Below are positions 17,909-26,199 of a stretch of 64,000 bases of DNA, one piece after another. Each line of letters opens with the position of its first letter. The stretch's first letter is position 1. The DNA is taken from the NCBI GenBank assembly GCA_045534235.1, contig JAZSJI010000089.1, positions 15,877 to 79,876 of the forward strand, written 5' to 3'. Under the pieces are notes generated by a model that worked only from the letters and a program-made list of their open reading frames with translations, ran no database searches and was not told the origin of the DNA. The DNA comes from Candidatus Flemingiibacterium sp. GTDB taxonomy: Bacteria; Bacillota; Clostridia; Oscillospirales; CAG-272. The translations under genes and the position numbers were made by a program.

Positions 17909-19327
17909 TTATACTTTTACCTTCGCCCATTTTCCGCCTGAAAAACGGCGCTGCATAAATATAAGACGCATATATTGGTCGATTATCATGGCAATCCACG
18001 CGCCGACTACGCCAAACGTGAATACGTAGCACATCAGATACGTAAACGACGGGCGGATAACCGCGATACAAACGAGGCTTACGATAGCGGCATATCTCGT
18101 ATCTCCCGCGCCGCGTACACAGCCGCTGTAGATAACCTGTGATATCTGCGCAGGCGTTATGATAGCGAGCAGCCTGAGTAGTACAACACCCTTCTCCATT
18201 ATAAACGCGGCGTGCTCTTCGCCCTCCGTCATAAAGAGGTTGATTAGCATAGGACCGCCAAATATAAACAGCGCCATAAGTACAACGGATATGCACACGC
18301 CTATTCTTTGTGCGCTCTTACCGTAGATTATCGAGTAATCGGGACGCTTCTTTCCGAGATTTTGTCCGACGAGAGCGGACGCGGCAACACCGAGTCCGTC
18401 ACCGAAGCAGAAGGAGAGATTAACGATGCTCATACATATCGTATGCGTTGCAAAATCGGGCGTGCTGAGCTCGGCGACCATTTTGGATACCATAAAGAAG
18501 CCAAAGCGGACAAACACCTGCTCTATTGCGGCAGAGCTCGAAATTTTTGCAATCAGACCGAGCGTTTTCAGCTTGAAACGGAACAGCATTGAGGGCTTCA
18601 AATAGAGGAAACGTCCTTTTTTTGAAACCGAATATATTGACATCGCGCAGGAAACGATATTTCCAAGCATAGTCGCGATCGCCGCGCCCGTAACACCAAG
18701 CTTCGGGAAGAAAAACAGACCGTTTATAAGCAGTGCGTTGAATATGCAGTTGACGATGTTAGCGGTCATATTCGTAGTCATCGAAATTCGAGTGTTACCC
18801 GAACCACGCTGTGCTGCGTTTATCGAAAGACCGATATTTGTAAACAGCATTCCCACCATAACTATGCGGAAATACGATACCGCCATATCGATCGTGTCCT
18901 CTTTCGCTCCGCTGAAAATAAGCAGCGGTTCTGCGAAGATTATCGCTATACCGACAAGTATCACGCCGAGAATCATAGACAGCGATACCGCTTGTGCGAG
19001 TACGCGGTTGGCGTCCTCCTTATCATTTTCGCCCTTGCGCCTGGATACTATGGCGGTTACGCCAACGCTAAGCGCAAAAAACACCGCGTAAAATATAAAT
19101 CGCGGCTGATTTGTAAGTCCGACAGCGGCAACCGCCGTTGAGCCTTGCGAACTTACCATAACGGAATCTATAAAATTGACAAGTCCAAGAAGGAATGACT
19201 CCATAACGGCCGGCCACGCAACCTTTACGAAGGTTTTATAAAACTCCCCCGTAGAATATTTATCCTGCATCTTCTGTCGCGGCTTCAGCATATAATCCGG
19301 CGCGTACAGTCGCCTCAAAAGCTCCAT
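17909..19327 (-). CDS. MATE family efflux transporter
   Basis: 12-TM protein with a typical MATE N-terminus (FYKTFVKVAWPAVMESFLLGLVNFIDSVMV). Start set at the ATG at 19327 (MELLRR...) after GGAGAGAGG. Confidence 0.88.
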   Translation of the reverse strand: MELLRRLYAPDYMLKPRQKMQDKYSTGEFYKTFVKVAWPAVMESFLLGLVNFIDSVMVSSQGSTAVAAVGLTNQPRFIFYAVFFALSVGVTAIVSRRKGENDKEDANRVLAQAVSLSMILGVILVGIAIIFAEPLLIFSGAKEDTIDMAVSYFRIVMVGMLFTNIGLSINAAQRGSGNTRISMTTNMTANIVNCIFNALLINGLFFFPKLGVTGAAIATMLGNIVSCAMSIYSVSKKGRFLYLKPSMLFRFKLKTLGLIAKISSSAAIEQVFVRFGFFMVSKMVAELSTPDFATHTICMSIVNLSFCFGDGLGVAASALVGQNLGKKRPDYSIIYGKSAQRIGVCISVVLMALFIFGGPMLINLFMTEGEEHAAFIMEKGVVLLRLLAIITPAQISQVIYSGCVRGAGDTRYAAIVSLVCIAVIRPSFTYLMCYVFTFGVVGAWIAMIIDQYMRLIFMQRRFSGGKWAKVKV

Positions 19328-19505
19328 TTTCCTCTCTCCAATCCGTGAAGCATCTTCTCTGATTATTTTAGCACTTTTTGCAGCGTTTTTCAAGTATATT
19401 GCGAAATATAAATGTATCGCCAAGCAAAAAGGAGCAAAGGGGTTGAAATATTCACAATTATGTGGTATGATATTAGTAATAAAGCTTTTGTAAGGCGGTG
19501 TTATT

Positions 19506-19883
19506 TTGCGACTTCAGGAATCGGGTGAAATGTATCTCGAAACCATATACATATTATCCAAAGACAACGCTAACGTCCGTTCTATCGACGTGGGAGAATA
19601 TATGGGCTATTCGAAGCCGAGTGTCAGCCGCGCGATGGGACTTTTAAAAAGCGGCGGTTATATCACTATGGCGGCAGACGGCACGCTGAAGCTCACCGAG
19701 CTCGGCGAGGAAATAGCCGAAAAGATATACGCACGCCACACGATACTCACAACTATGCTCGTGTCCCTCGGTGTCGACGAGCAAACAGCATCCGATGACG
19801 CTTGCAGACTCGAACACGCGATAAGCGATAAGTCGTTCGACGCAATAAAAAAGCACCTCGAAAGAGAGGGCAAACTAAAATAA
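19506..19883 (+). CDS. mntR: DtxR/MntR family metal-dependent transcriptional regulator
   Basis: ESGEMYLETIY...VRSIDVGEYMGYSKPSVSRAM HTH pattern. TTG start. 125 aa. Confidence 0.82.
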   Translation: MRLQESGEMYLETIYILSKDNANVRSIDVGEYMGYSKPSVSRAMGLLKSGGYITMAADGTLKLTELGEEIAEKIYARHTILTTMLVSLGVDEQTASDDACRLEHAISDKSFDAIKKHLEREGKLK

Positions 19884-19884
19884 T

Positions 19885-19910
19885 AAAAACCACCCACACG
19901 GGTGGTTTTT
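19885..19910. terminator. Bidirectional terminator between mntR and trxA
   Basis: Stem aaaaaccaccc/gggtggttttt with an ACAC loop. Confidence 0.8.
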
Positions 19911-19918
19911 ATGTTATC

Positions 19919-20233
19919 TTACTCTCCGATAAGAGCCGCGATCTGCTCTTTTCTTATAAAGCCCATCGACTTGTTCACCATTTCACCGTTCTTGAAAACC
20001 ATCAGAGTGGGTATACTCATAATGCCAAACTGACGTGCAAGATCTTCTTCCTCGTCAACGTTTACCTTGCCGACCTTAATCTTGCCCTCGTTTTCCTCTG
20101 CGAACTTTTCAAGCTCGGGTGCGAGCATACGGCACGGACCGCACCACGCCGCCCAGAAATCAACGAGCACAGGTATATCGGACTTTAATACTTCCTCTTC
20201 AAAATTTGCTTTAGTTATAACTATTTCTGCCAT
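19919..20233 (-). CDS. trxA: Thioredoxin
   Basis: 104 aa with VDFWAAWCGPCR active site and IPTLMVFKNGE. Confidence 0.95.
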   Translation of the reverse strand: MAEIVITKANFEEEVLKSDIPVLVDFWAAWCGPCRMLAPELEKFAEENEGKIKVGKVNVDEEEDLARQFGIMSIPTLMVFKNGEMVNKSMGFIRKEQIAALIGE

Positions 20234-20291
20234 TTTTAATCTCCTTTTTTACTTACCAATTCATTAGATAGTATCGTTACCTAACGGGATA

Positions 20292-21548
20292 TTATTCGCT
20301 CTTCTTGGGCTTACGCTTAAACAGCTTGAGTACGAGCGAAACAAGTATGCCGATAACAATAGCCACCGTCAGATCGAATACGACAGTCGCCACCATAGTG
20401 ACAAGAAATTGCAGCATCTCCCCGAAAAGCTTATTCTTAAATATGTGCTTTATCTCGTGCCACTCATTCATACGCCACGCAGTTACCATAAGCACACCTG
20501 CGAGTACCGGCATCGGTACAAGCGCCATAACGTCACCGAGAAGGAACATAGCCGCAAGCAGCCACAGCGCGTGGAATATACCCGTAAGACGCGTCTGTGC
20601 GCCGGACTTTATTGCAACGCTCGTACGCGCGATCGCCGCAGTGGCAGGCACGCCGCCGAAGAATGGCATAAGTACGTTACCGATTCCCTGACCGATAAGC
20701 TCAATATTAGCATCAAACGGCTCGTCCTTCATTCTCGATGCAGACGCACCGCAAAGAAGGCTCTCTATCATACCGAGTGCCGCAACAGTGATCGCGGGAG
20801 AAATAAGCTTTCCGAGCATACCAAAGCTAAAGTCGGCAAACGAAATGCGGTCCGAGAGAAAGAGTGTTTTAGGTATTTCTCCGACCGTTGCAACTCCGTC
20901 AAAGCGGAAGATAACGTATATCACAGTCGCAATGATAATACCGATAAGCGAGGACGGAACCTTTGCATTCCACTTTTTCGGCCAGATTATCATAATAGCC
21001 ACAACGATAAGTCCGAGTAGAACACTCCAAAGATGCGGCTTGAAGCCAAGCTCTCCATAGGAGATAAGCTTTGCTATAGCACTCTCACCTTCAGAAACCG
21101 TACCGAAAAAGTTATCTACCTGACCGAGCGCAATTATTACCGCGATACCCGAGGTAAAGCCTGTGATAACGGGACGCGGTATAAGATTTACAAGTCCGCC
21201 GAGCTTAAAAATACCGCATATAAGCAAAATTGCACCTGCGATAAGACAAACCCAGAACACGCCGTTAAGGCCTACTGTTCCCGCGATACCGATAAGCACC
21301 GCACTCATTGCTCCGGTAGGGCCGGAGATCTGGAAGGACGCTCCGGAAAGCGCGCTTATCACGATGCCCGCGATAATTGCAGTAACAAGTCCTGCCGCCG
21401 CCGAAGCGCCGCTCGCAACACCGAATGCGAGTGCAAGCGGGAGTGCAACCGCCGCAACCGTAAGACCGGCGAGCAGGTCCTTTATAAGCTTCGAAGCGTT
21501 ATATCCCGAGAACTCGGAGCGAAGCATTTTCGCAAAACTTTTTATCAT
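20292..21548 (-). CDS. SulP family inorganic anion transporter (no STAS domain)
   Basis: SulP-type N-terminus (LIKDLLAGLTVAAVALPLALAFGVASG) and a polytopic body. The ORF ends right after the last TM helix with a short Lys-rich tail. Confidence 0.82.
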   Translation of the reverse strand: MIKSFAKMLRSEFSGYNASKLIKDLLAGLTVAAVALPLALAFGVASGASAAAGLVTAIIAGIVISALSGASFQISGPTGAMSAVLIGIAGTVGLNGVFWVCLIAGAILLICGIFKLGGLVNLIPRPVITGFTSGIAVIIALGQVDNFFGTVSEGESAIAKLISYGELGFKPHLWSVLLGLIVVAIMIIWPKKWNAKVPSSLIGIIIATVIYVIFRFDGVATVGEIPKTLFLSDRISFADFSFGMLGKLISPAITVAALGMIESLLCGASASRMKDEPFDANIELIGQGIGNVLMPFFGGVPATAAIARTSVAIKSGAQTRLTGIFHALWLLAAMFLLGDVMALVPMPVLAGVLMVTAWRMNEWHEIKHIFKNKLFGEMLQFLVTMVATVVFDLTVAIVIGILVSLVLKLFKRKPKKSE

Positions 21549-21608
21549 ATGTCAATCTCCCGTAATACGTCGCAATGCGCCGACATAAAGTCGGCGCATT
21601 TTGTTATG

Positions 21609-22679
21609 TTAGTTTACCTTTACGGTCCAGCCGAGAGTGTCGGGCTGCTTCCCCCACTGAATGCCGGTGAGGTTATCGTAAAGCTTCTGTGCGATAGGAC
21701 CGATCTCATTATTGTTGACGATCATCTTGTCGCCGCCGTTGTTGAGCTCGCCGATCGGGCTGATTACAGCCGCGGTACCGGTACCGAATGCCTCGTTAAG
21801 CTTGCCGGCCTTGTAAGCATCAACGACCTCGTCGATAGAAAGACGGCGCTCGCTTACCTTGTAGCCCCAGCTCTTTAAGAGCTCAATGCAGGACATACGG
21901 GTAACGCCGGGGAGAATAGAGCCGGCCTCGGTAGTGGGAGTTACTACCTCGCCGTCGATAACAAAGAATACGTTCATCGCGCCGACCTCATCGATATACT
22001 TGTGCTCGATACCGTCAAGCCAAAGCACCTGTGCGTAGCCGAGCTGCTCTGCCTTCTTCTGACCGATAAGCGAAGCCGCGTAGTTACCGCCGCACTTGGT
22101 AAAGCCCGTACCGCCCTTAACGGCGCGAACGTACTCGTTTTCAACGAAAATCTTAACGGGGTTGATGCCTGCCGCATAGTAAGAGCCTACGGGCGAGAGG
22201 ATGATTGCGAAGAGATAGGTCTTCGAAACGTGTACGCCGAGGTGCACGTCTGTTGCGATAATAAAGGGACGAATGTAAAGCGAGGTGCCGTCCTTCACGG
22301 GTACCCAATCCTTGTCCACGTTGATAAGCGTCTTAAGAGCCTCGATGCAGTCGTCAACGTCCACATGAGGAATGCACATACGGTCGTTGGTGCGGTTCAT
22401 ACGCTCAAAGTTCTTATCGGGACGGAAAAGCTGAATCTCACCGTTCGGAGTGCGGTAAGCCTTGAGGCCCTCGAAGATCTCCTGTGCGTAGTGGAATACC
22501 ATCGTAGCAGGATCAAGCTCGAAGGGGGCATAGGGTACTATGCGAGCATCGTGCCAGCCCTTACCCTCGGTATAATTCATCAAAAACATATGGTCGGAAT
22601 AGAAGTTTCCGAAGCCAAGCTTGTCCCAATCAGGCTTTGCCTTGGGAGCAGTCGTTCTTTCAATTCTGATATCTATCAT
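21609..22679 (-). CDS. ilvE: Branched-chain amino acid aminotransferase
   Basis: Long-form class IV aminotransferase with EGLKAYR, RPF, GGTGFTKCGGNYAASL and GTGTAAVISP. The ATG at 22679 follows GGAGGA. Confidence 0.92.
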   Translation of the reverse strand: MIDIRIERTTAPKAKPDWDKLGFGNFYSDHMFLMNYTEGKGWHDARIVPYAPFELDPATMVFHYAQEIFEGLKAYRTPNGEIQLFRPDKNFERMNRTNDRMCIPHVDVDDCIEALKTLINVDKDWVPVKDGTSLYIRPFIIATDVHLGVHVSKTYLFAIILSPVGSYYAAGINPVKIFVENEYVRAVKGGTGFTKCGGNYAASLIGQKKAEQLGYAQVLWLDGIEHKYIDEVGAMNVFFVIDGEVVTPTTEAGSILPGVTRMSCIELLKSWGYKVSERRLSIDEVVDAYKAGKLNEAFGTGTAAVISPIGELNNGGDKMIVNNNEIGPIAQKLYDNLTGIQWGKQPDTLGWTVKVN

Positions 22680-22865
22680 TGTTATTTCCTCCAAAATATA
22701 TTATATTAAAAATATTATACACCCGTTGTGTCAGTTTTGCAATATACTAAAGTAAATAAATTTCGAAAAATTTTTCCCTACTTTCGTACAAAATCGCATA
22801 AAGTTGCGTCTGCGGGCAAAAATAGGGGCGTAGAACGCTTGACGTTAATTATTTGGGAGGAAAAA

Positions 22866-24158
22866 ATGAATAACTATAACCGTAAAAAATTTTTCACGCG
22901 CGTCTTATGTGCAGCGCTCGGTCTGCTTGCGCTCATAGGCATCACGCTGCCCGTCAACGCGGTGAGCACTCTCTCGCCTGCACTTGACATTATAGCCACA
23001 GAATTCACTATGGCAAAAAGCGGACTCATCGGCACGTCGATTTCCTTCGAGCGTGAGGACTTCGCGATGGCACTCGGTGTTGATAAGGTAGGAAAAATAA
23101 CTATCGCTTCCCTGCCCGATCCGACGCTCGGACGCCTTCAGCTCGGATCGCGTGCACTTGTGGTCGGTCAAAGTGTTTCCGAACGAAACCTGGATATTCT
23201 CAAATTCGTACCGTACGGAAGCGGCGAAGTCACGGCATCGTTTAAGTTTACGCGCGGCTCGGACGTATACGGCACGGCGTACGAATGTGCGCTCTATACA
23301 CTCGCGAACGTCAACACCGCGCCTACCGTTGAAGCGAGTGTCGGCAACGCAAAGAACGAGCGCACCGCATACACGGGCGTTGCATATCTTGGCGCTATCA
23401 GCGCCACAGACCGCGAGGGAGATGCGCTCACCTTTGAGGTAATAAAAAAGCCCTCGAACGGCACTGTAAAGCTTACCGACAAAGCTCGCGGTTATTTTGA
23501 GTACACGTCCGCTGACGGCTTTGTCGGCAAGGACAGCTTCACCGTACGCGTGACCGACAAATACGGAAATCGCTCAAGTGATGCTAAAATAACCGTTCGC
23601 GTTGAAAAGGCGAGCGAGAGCGAAGTATATGCAGATATGGGCGGACATTGGGCGAACACCGCCGTTATCACCTGCGTGAAGGCAGGCGTTATAGACGCGG
23701 CGAACACGGGCGACAAGTTCTACCCCGACGCGTATATCAGCCGCGCGGAGTTTCTCGCACTCGCTATGAGTGCGGCAGGATACACGGGATTTAACATTTC
23801 CAATACGGGCTTTGCTGACGACGCGGATATTCCCGAAGAACGCAAGGGCTGTATTGCCGCGGCGGAAGCGTTTGGGTTTATCGACGGAATAGAAACCGAA
23901 GCCGGCGTGCGCTTCTATCCGAACAATCAGATAACGCGTTGTGAAGCGGCGGTGATACTCTCACGTATTACCGGCATTACAGGCGGCGCAGTATCGGTAT
24001 TAGCAGACGAGTCGATTCCCGCGTGGGCAGAGGGCGCTATGGTCGGACTCTACAACGCAGGCATACTGCGTGGAAACGGCAACGGTACCCTTGATGCGTA
24101 CGCACCTATCACGCGAGGTGCGGCGGCACAGCTTGTTTCTGGCATACTTGACAAATAA
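22866..24158 (+). CDS. SLH-domain cell-surface protein with cadherin/Ig-like repeats
   Basis: Start at the ATG at 22866 (GGAGGAAAAAATG). Signal peptide ...TLPVNA. Ig/cadherin-like module (ATDREGDALTFEVIKKPSNGTVKL...FVGKDSFTVRVTDKYGN). C-terminal SLH repeats (YADMGGHWANTAV..., FYPDAYISRAEF..., FYPNNQITRCEAA...). Confidence 0.82.
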   Translation: MNNYNRKKFFTRVLCAALGLLALIGITLPVNAVSTLSPALDIIATEFTMAKSGLIGTSISFEREDFAMALGVDKVGKITIASLPDPTLGRLQLGSRALVVGQSVSERNLDILKFVPYGSGEVTASFKFTRGSDVYGTAYECALYTLANVNTAPTVEASVGNAKNERTAYTGVAYLGAISATDREGDALTFEVIKKPSNGTVKLTDKARGYFEYTSADGFVGKDSFTVRVTDKYGNRSSDAKITVRVEKASESEVYADMGGHWANTAVITCVKAGVIDAANTGDKFYPDAYISRAEFLALAMSAAGYTGFNISNTGFADDADIPEERKGCIAAAEAFGFIDGIETEAGVRFYPNNQITRCEAAVILSRITGITGGAVSVLADESIPAWAEGAMVGLYNAGILRGNGNGTLDAYAPITRGAAAQLVSGILDK

Positions 24159-24163
24159 AAATT

Positions 24164-24197
24164 GAGGTGCACCCTCGGGTGCACCTCTTGCGTTTTA
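24164..24197. terminator. Terminator between convergent genes
   Basis: Palindrome gaggtgcaccctcgggtgcacctc followed by TTGCGTTTTATTT. Confidence 0.7.
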
Positions 24198-25298
24198 TTT
24201 GATTTTTATCGGGAGCTCGACTGTAAGTGTTATTTCCTCGCCGTCAACGGTCATAGTAACCGTAGCTACTGCGGTATATTTGCCGCTTGGCAAGCCGTTC
24301 ATCTCTGACAGTTCGGCTGCGAATGTGTCGGTGTACTTCACGGATTTACCCGCCTCAAGAACAGCGCTTTCGGAATATGTCGACAAATTGGGTATATTAA
24401 CAGCACCGTCTGCGGCAATTAACTCTATATCGCAGACATAATCGACTGTCACGTCGGTTTTGTTTTCGTTTTTGAGCGTAGCCGTAAGGGAGAGCGGCGA
24501 AGCGGGGTCAACGTTTGAAATTTTATACGCGCCGCGCTCGGATTTTAGTGTGAGCTTATATCCGTTTTGTGTAGACGACATTGAGGTTGGCTGTGTCGGG
24601 ATAAACAGCGAATAGTATCCGACTACAAGCATTGCCGCTATGATGAAGAACACCACGAGCATAACAATATGCTTTTTGGAAAGAATCGGCTTTACATCCG
24701 TCTTCGGCATAAATCCAAGCTTCACAACAACCGGTATCATCGCACCCATAAACAGCGTGAGCAGAAATGCCTCTGCAGGAAACAGCGCGAGATTTTTCAT
24801 CACGCGCGGTATCGTCATAAACGCATAGCTCTTACCGTAGAAGACGTCGTAGTACCACATCATAAGAGTAGGATTAATGATAAGGTTAGTTATGGAAACG
24901 ACCGAGAAGCGCGAGAGTATAACGCGTGTCGCGGTCATATTGGAACGCCACAGAAAGAGCGCAAACAAAAGCGAGCCGGATATTTCCTCAAGTATAAACG
25001 GGAAGAAATACGGTCCTTGGGGAAAAATAAGACAGCCAAGCGTATCGCTTATCGCCGCCGCTACAACAGCGACCACCGGTCCGAATATCGACGCGCCGAG
25101 AGCGTTGACGAAAAATCCGACCGTAATATTAAGGCTCGGACCAACGGGTATCTGGACGGATTTCAGAGCAACTCGTACCGCGATAAGAATTGCCGCGATA
25201 CAAATTATGCGGATGTCGAAAAGTTGCATTGCCGCATCGCGCCAATATGCGCGCGAGAACGGATGCTTGTAGATAGCTGCACTTCGTAAATCTTTCAT
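24195..25298 (-). CDS. folT: Folate-family ECF transporter S component fused to an extra TM helix and a C-terminal ectodomain
   Basis: Start set at the ATG at 25298; the longer ORF would run through the riboswitch. The N-terminal ~215 aa look like a FolT-type S component (IAAILIAVRVALKSVQIPVGPSLNITVGFFVNALGASIFGPVV...). Then come the TM helix IVMLVVFFIIAAMLVVGYYSLFI and ~134 aa of beta-rich sequence. A THF riboswitch lies upstream. Confidence 0.8.
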   Translation of the reverse strand: MKDLRSAAIYKHPFSRAYWRDAAMQLFDIRIICIAAILIAVRVALKSVQIPVGPSLNITVGFFVNALGASIFGPVVAVVAAAISDTLGCLIFPQGPYFFPFILEEISGSLLFALFLWRSNMTATRVILSRFSVVSITNLIINPTLMMWYYDVFYGKSYAFMTIPRVMKNLALFPAEAFLLTLFMGAMIPVVVKLGFMPKTDVKPILSKKHIVMLVVFFIIAAMLVVGYYSLFIPTQPTSMSSTQNGYKLTLKSERGAYKISNVDPASPLSLTATLKNENKTDVTVDYVCDIELIAADGAVNIPNLSTYSESAVLEAGKSVKYTDTFAAELSEMNGLPSGKYTAVATVTMTVDGEEITLTVELPIKIK

Positions 25299-25359
25299 AA
25301 AAACAAAAAATACCTCCTTATAATGACATTCCGTATTGCCACATATAGGAGATATCTCC

Positions 25360-25470
25360 GTTATGCAACAGCGGGATGCGACCTTAGCACCGCAGATGAA
25401 AACATCTTTCGTTCCCAAGACAACTCCCCGTTCATGGGACACTTTACGCGCTATGATCTACTCTGTGTTT
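25360..25470 (-). promoter_or_regulatory. THF (folT-type) riboswitch aptamer
   Basis: The minus-strand RNA is ACAGAGUAGAUCAUAGCGCGUAAAGUGUCCCAUGAACGGGGAGUUGUCUUGGGAACGAAAGAUGUUUUCAUCUGCGGUGCUAAGGUCGCAUCCCGCUGU. It reproduces the conserved THF-riboswitch blocks AGAGUAGAU, GCGU-AAGUG, GAA-GGG, ACGAA, GCGGUG and GCAUCC-GCU in order. It lies in the 5' leader of a folate-family S component. Confidence 0.8.
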
Positions 25471-25638
25471 ACCGTACCGTGTAGGTACAGTATTATAATA
25501 CCACATAATAACACAAAAATCAAGTAAAAAATCAGCAATATTATTTGGCAACAGAAAAATATTTCTGTACAGTTTTACACTATTTATTCTTCTCCAAAAT
25601 CTCTCTAAAAAAAGCAAAATATTTTTTCAAAAAACCTA

Positions 25639-25667
25639 TTGACAAACCTCTTTGCTTATGATATAAT
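25639..25667 (+). promoter_or_regulatory. Promoter of the tRNA-Met/Glu pair (TTGACA-N17-TATAAT)
   Basis: Perfect consensus hexamers at 25639-25644 and 25662-25667. Confidence 0.65.
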
Positions 25668-25707
25668 ATTTAGGCATCGTGGTTGTAAACGACCGCGAGT
25701 GTTATAT

Positions 25708-25784
25708 GGCGGAGTAGCTCAGCTGGCTAGAGCAACCGGTTCATACCCGGTAGGTCATGGGTTCAAGTCCAATCTCCGCTACCA
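25708..25784 (+). tRNA. tRNA-Met (CAT), elongator-like
   Basis: GGCGGAGTAGCTCAGCTGGCTAGAGCAACCGGTTCATACCCGGTAGGTCATGGGTTCAAGTCCAATCTCCGCTACCA. Anticodon stem ACCGG/CCGGT, loop TTCATAC. It lacks the initiator features (C1-A72, three G-C pairs). An Ile2(CAT) identity cannot be excluded by eye. Confidence 0.85.
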
Positions 25785-25811
25785 TTTTTCTCGGCCAATA
25801 GGTCGGGATAC

Positions 25812-25886
25812 GGCCCGTTGGTCAAGCGGTTAAGACACTGCCCCTTCACGGCTGGAACATGGGTTCGATTCCCGTACGGGTCACCA
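25812..25886 (+). tRNA. tRNA-Glu (TTC)
   Basis: GGCCCGTTGGTCAAGCGGTTAAGACACTGCCCCTTCACGGCTGGAACATGGGTTCGATTCCCGTACGGGTCACCA. It is near-identical in layout to Firmicute tRNA-Glu. The anticodon loop is CCTTCAC and the anticodon stem has one T/T mismatch (see findings). Confidence 0.85.
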
Positions 25887-25892
25887 AAAACG

Positions 25893-25928
25893 AAAACATC
25901 ATCCGATAGGATGATGTTTTTTGTTTTT
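25893..25928 (+). terminator. Terminator after tRNA-Glu
   Basis: Stem aaaacatcatcc/ggatgatgtttt with a GATA loop, followed by TTGTTTTT. Confidence 0.8.
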
Positions 25929-26034
25929 GATTATCTGTTTCGTCGAAGCAAACCCTTCGAATTGCCGCTAAACAAACGATCTGCCGCCCGAGGATGCAAT
26001 TCGTGCCGCTAGCGTCAGCTCGCGGCAGGCGATC

Positions 26035-26118
26035 ATTCCCGTACGGGTTACCACAAACAAATCACCATCCATTAGGATGGTGATTTGTTTGTGCAGATGC
26101 GTGCGTCGAAGCGAGCCC
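26035..26118 (+). repeat. Degenerate second copy of the tRNA-Glu 3' end, terminator hairpin and downstream block
   Basis: attcccgtacgggttacca (26035-26053) matches tRNA-Glu 25868-25886 at 18 of 19 positions. It is followed by an 18-bp perfect hairpin (acaaacaaatcaccatcc ATTA ggatggtgatttgtttgt) and by cgtcgaagcgagccc, which matches cgtcgaagcaaaccc at 25941-25955. Confidence 0.7.
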
Positions 26119-26141
26119 GGCACCGATGTTCTCCCGCCCAC

Positions 26142-26170
26142 TTGCAATCCCCTTCACAATATGCTATAAT
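26142..26170 (+). promoter_or_regulatory. sbcD promoter candidate (TTGCAA-N17-TATAAT)
   Basis: Hexamers at 26142-26147 and 26165-26170, about 30 nt upstream of the sbcD start. Confidence 0.5.
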
Positions 26171-26199
26171 AATTACATACACCAACACGGAGGTGGCAC

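Noticed and set aside
21574-21606. The hairpin after ilvE has its T-tract on the plus strand, although both flanking genes are on the minus strand.
   Set aside because: GC-rich hairpins between genes often work bidirectionally. Without transcript data this orientation oddity is not interpretable.
22680-22865. Looked for T-box or other leader elements upstream of ilvE, and for riboswitches upstream of aroC, glgC, capA-like and SulP.
   Set aside because: The leaders are too short (under ~190 nt shared by two divergent promoters at ilvE, 33 nt at aroC). I could not recognise specifier, T-box or other conserved riboswitch cores. The ~130-nt glgC leader has no motif I can name.
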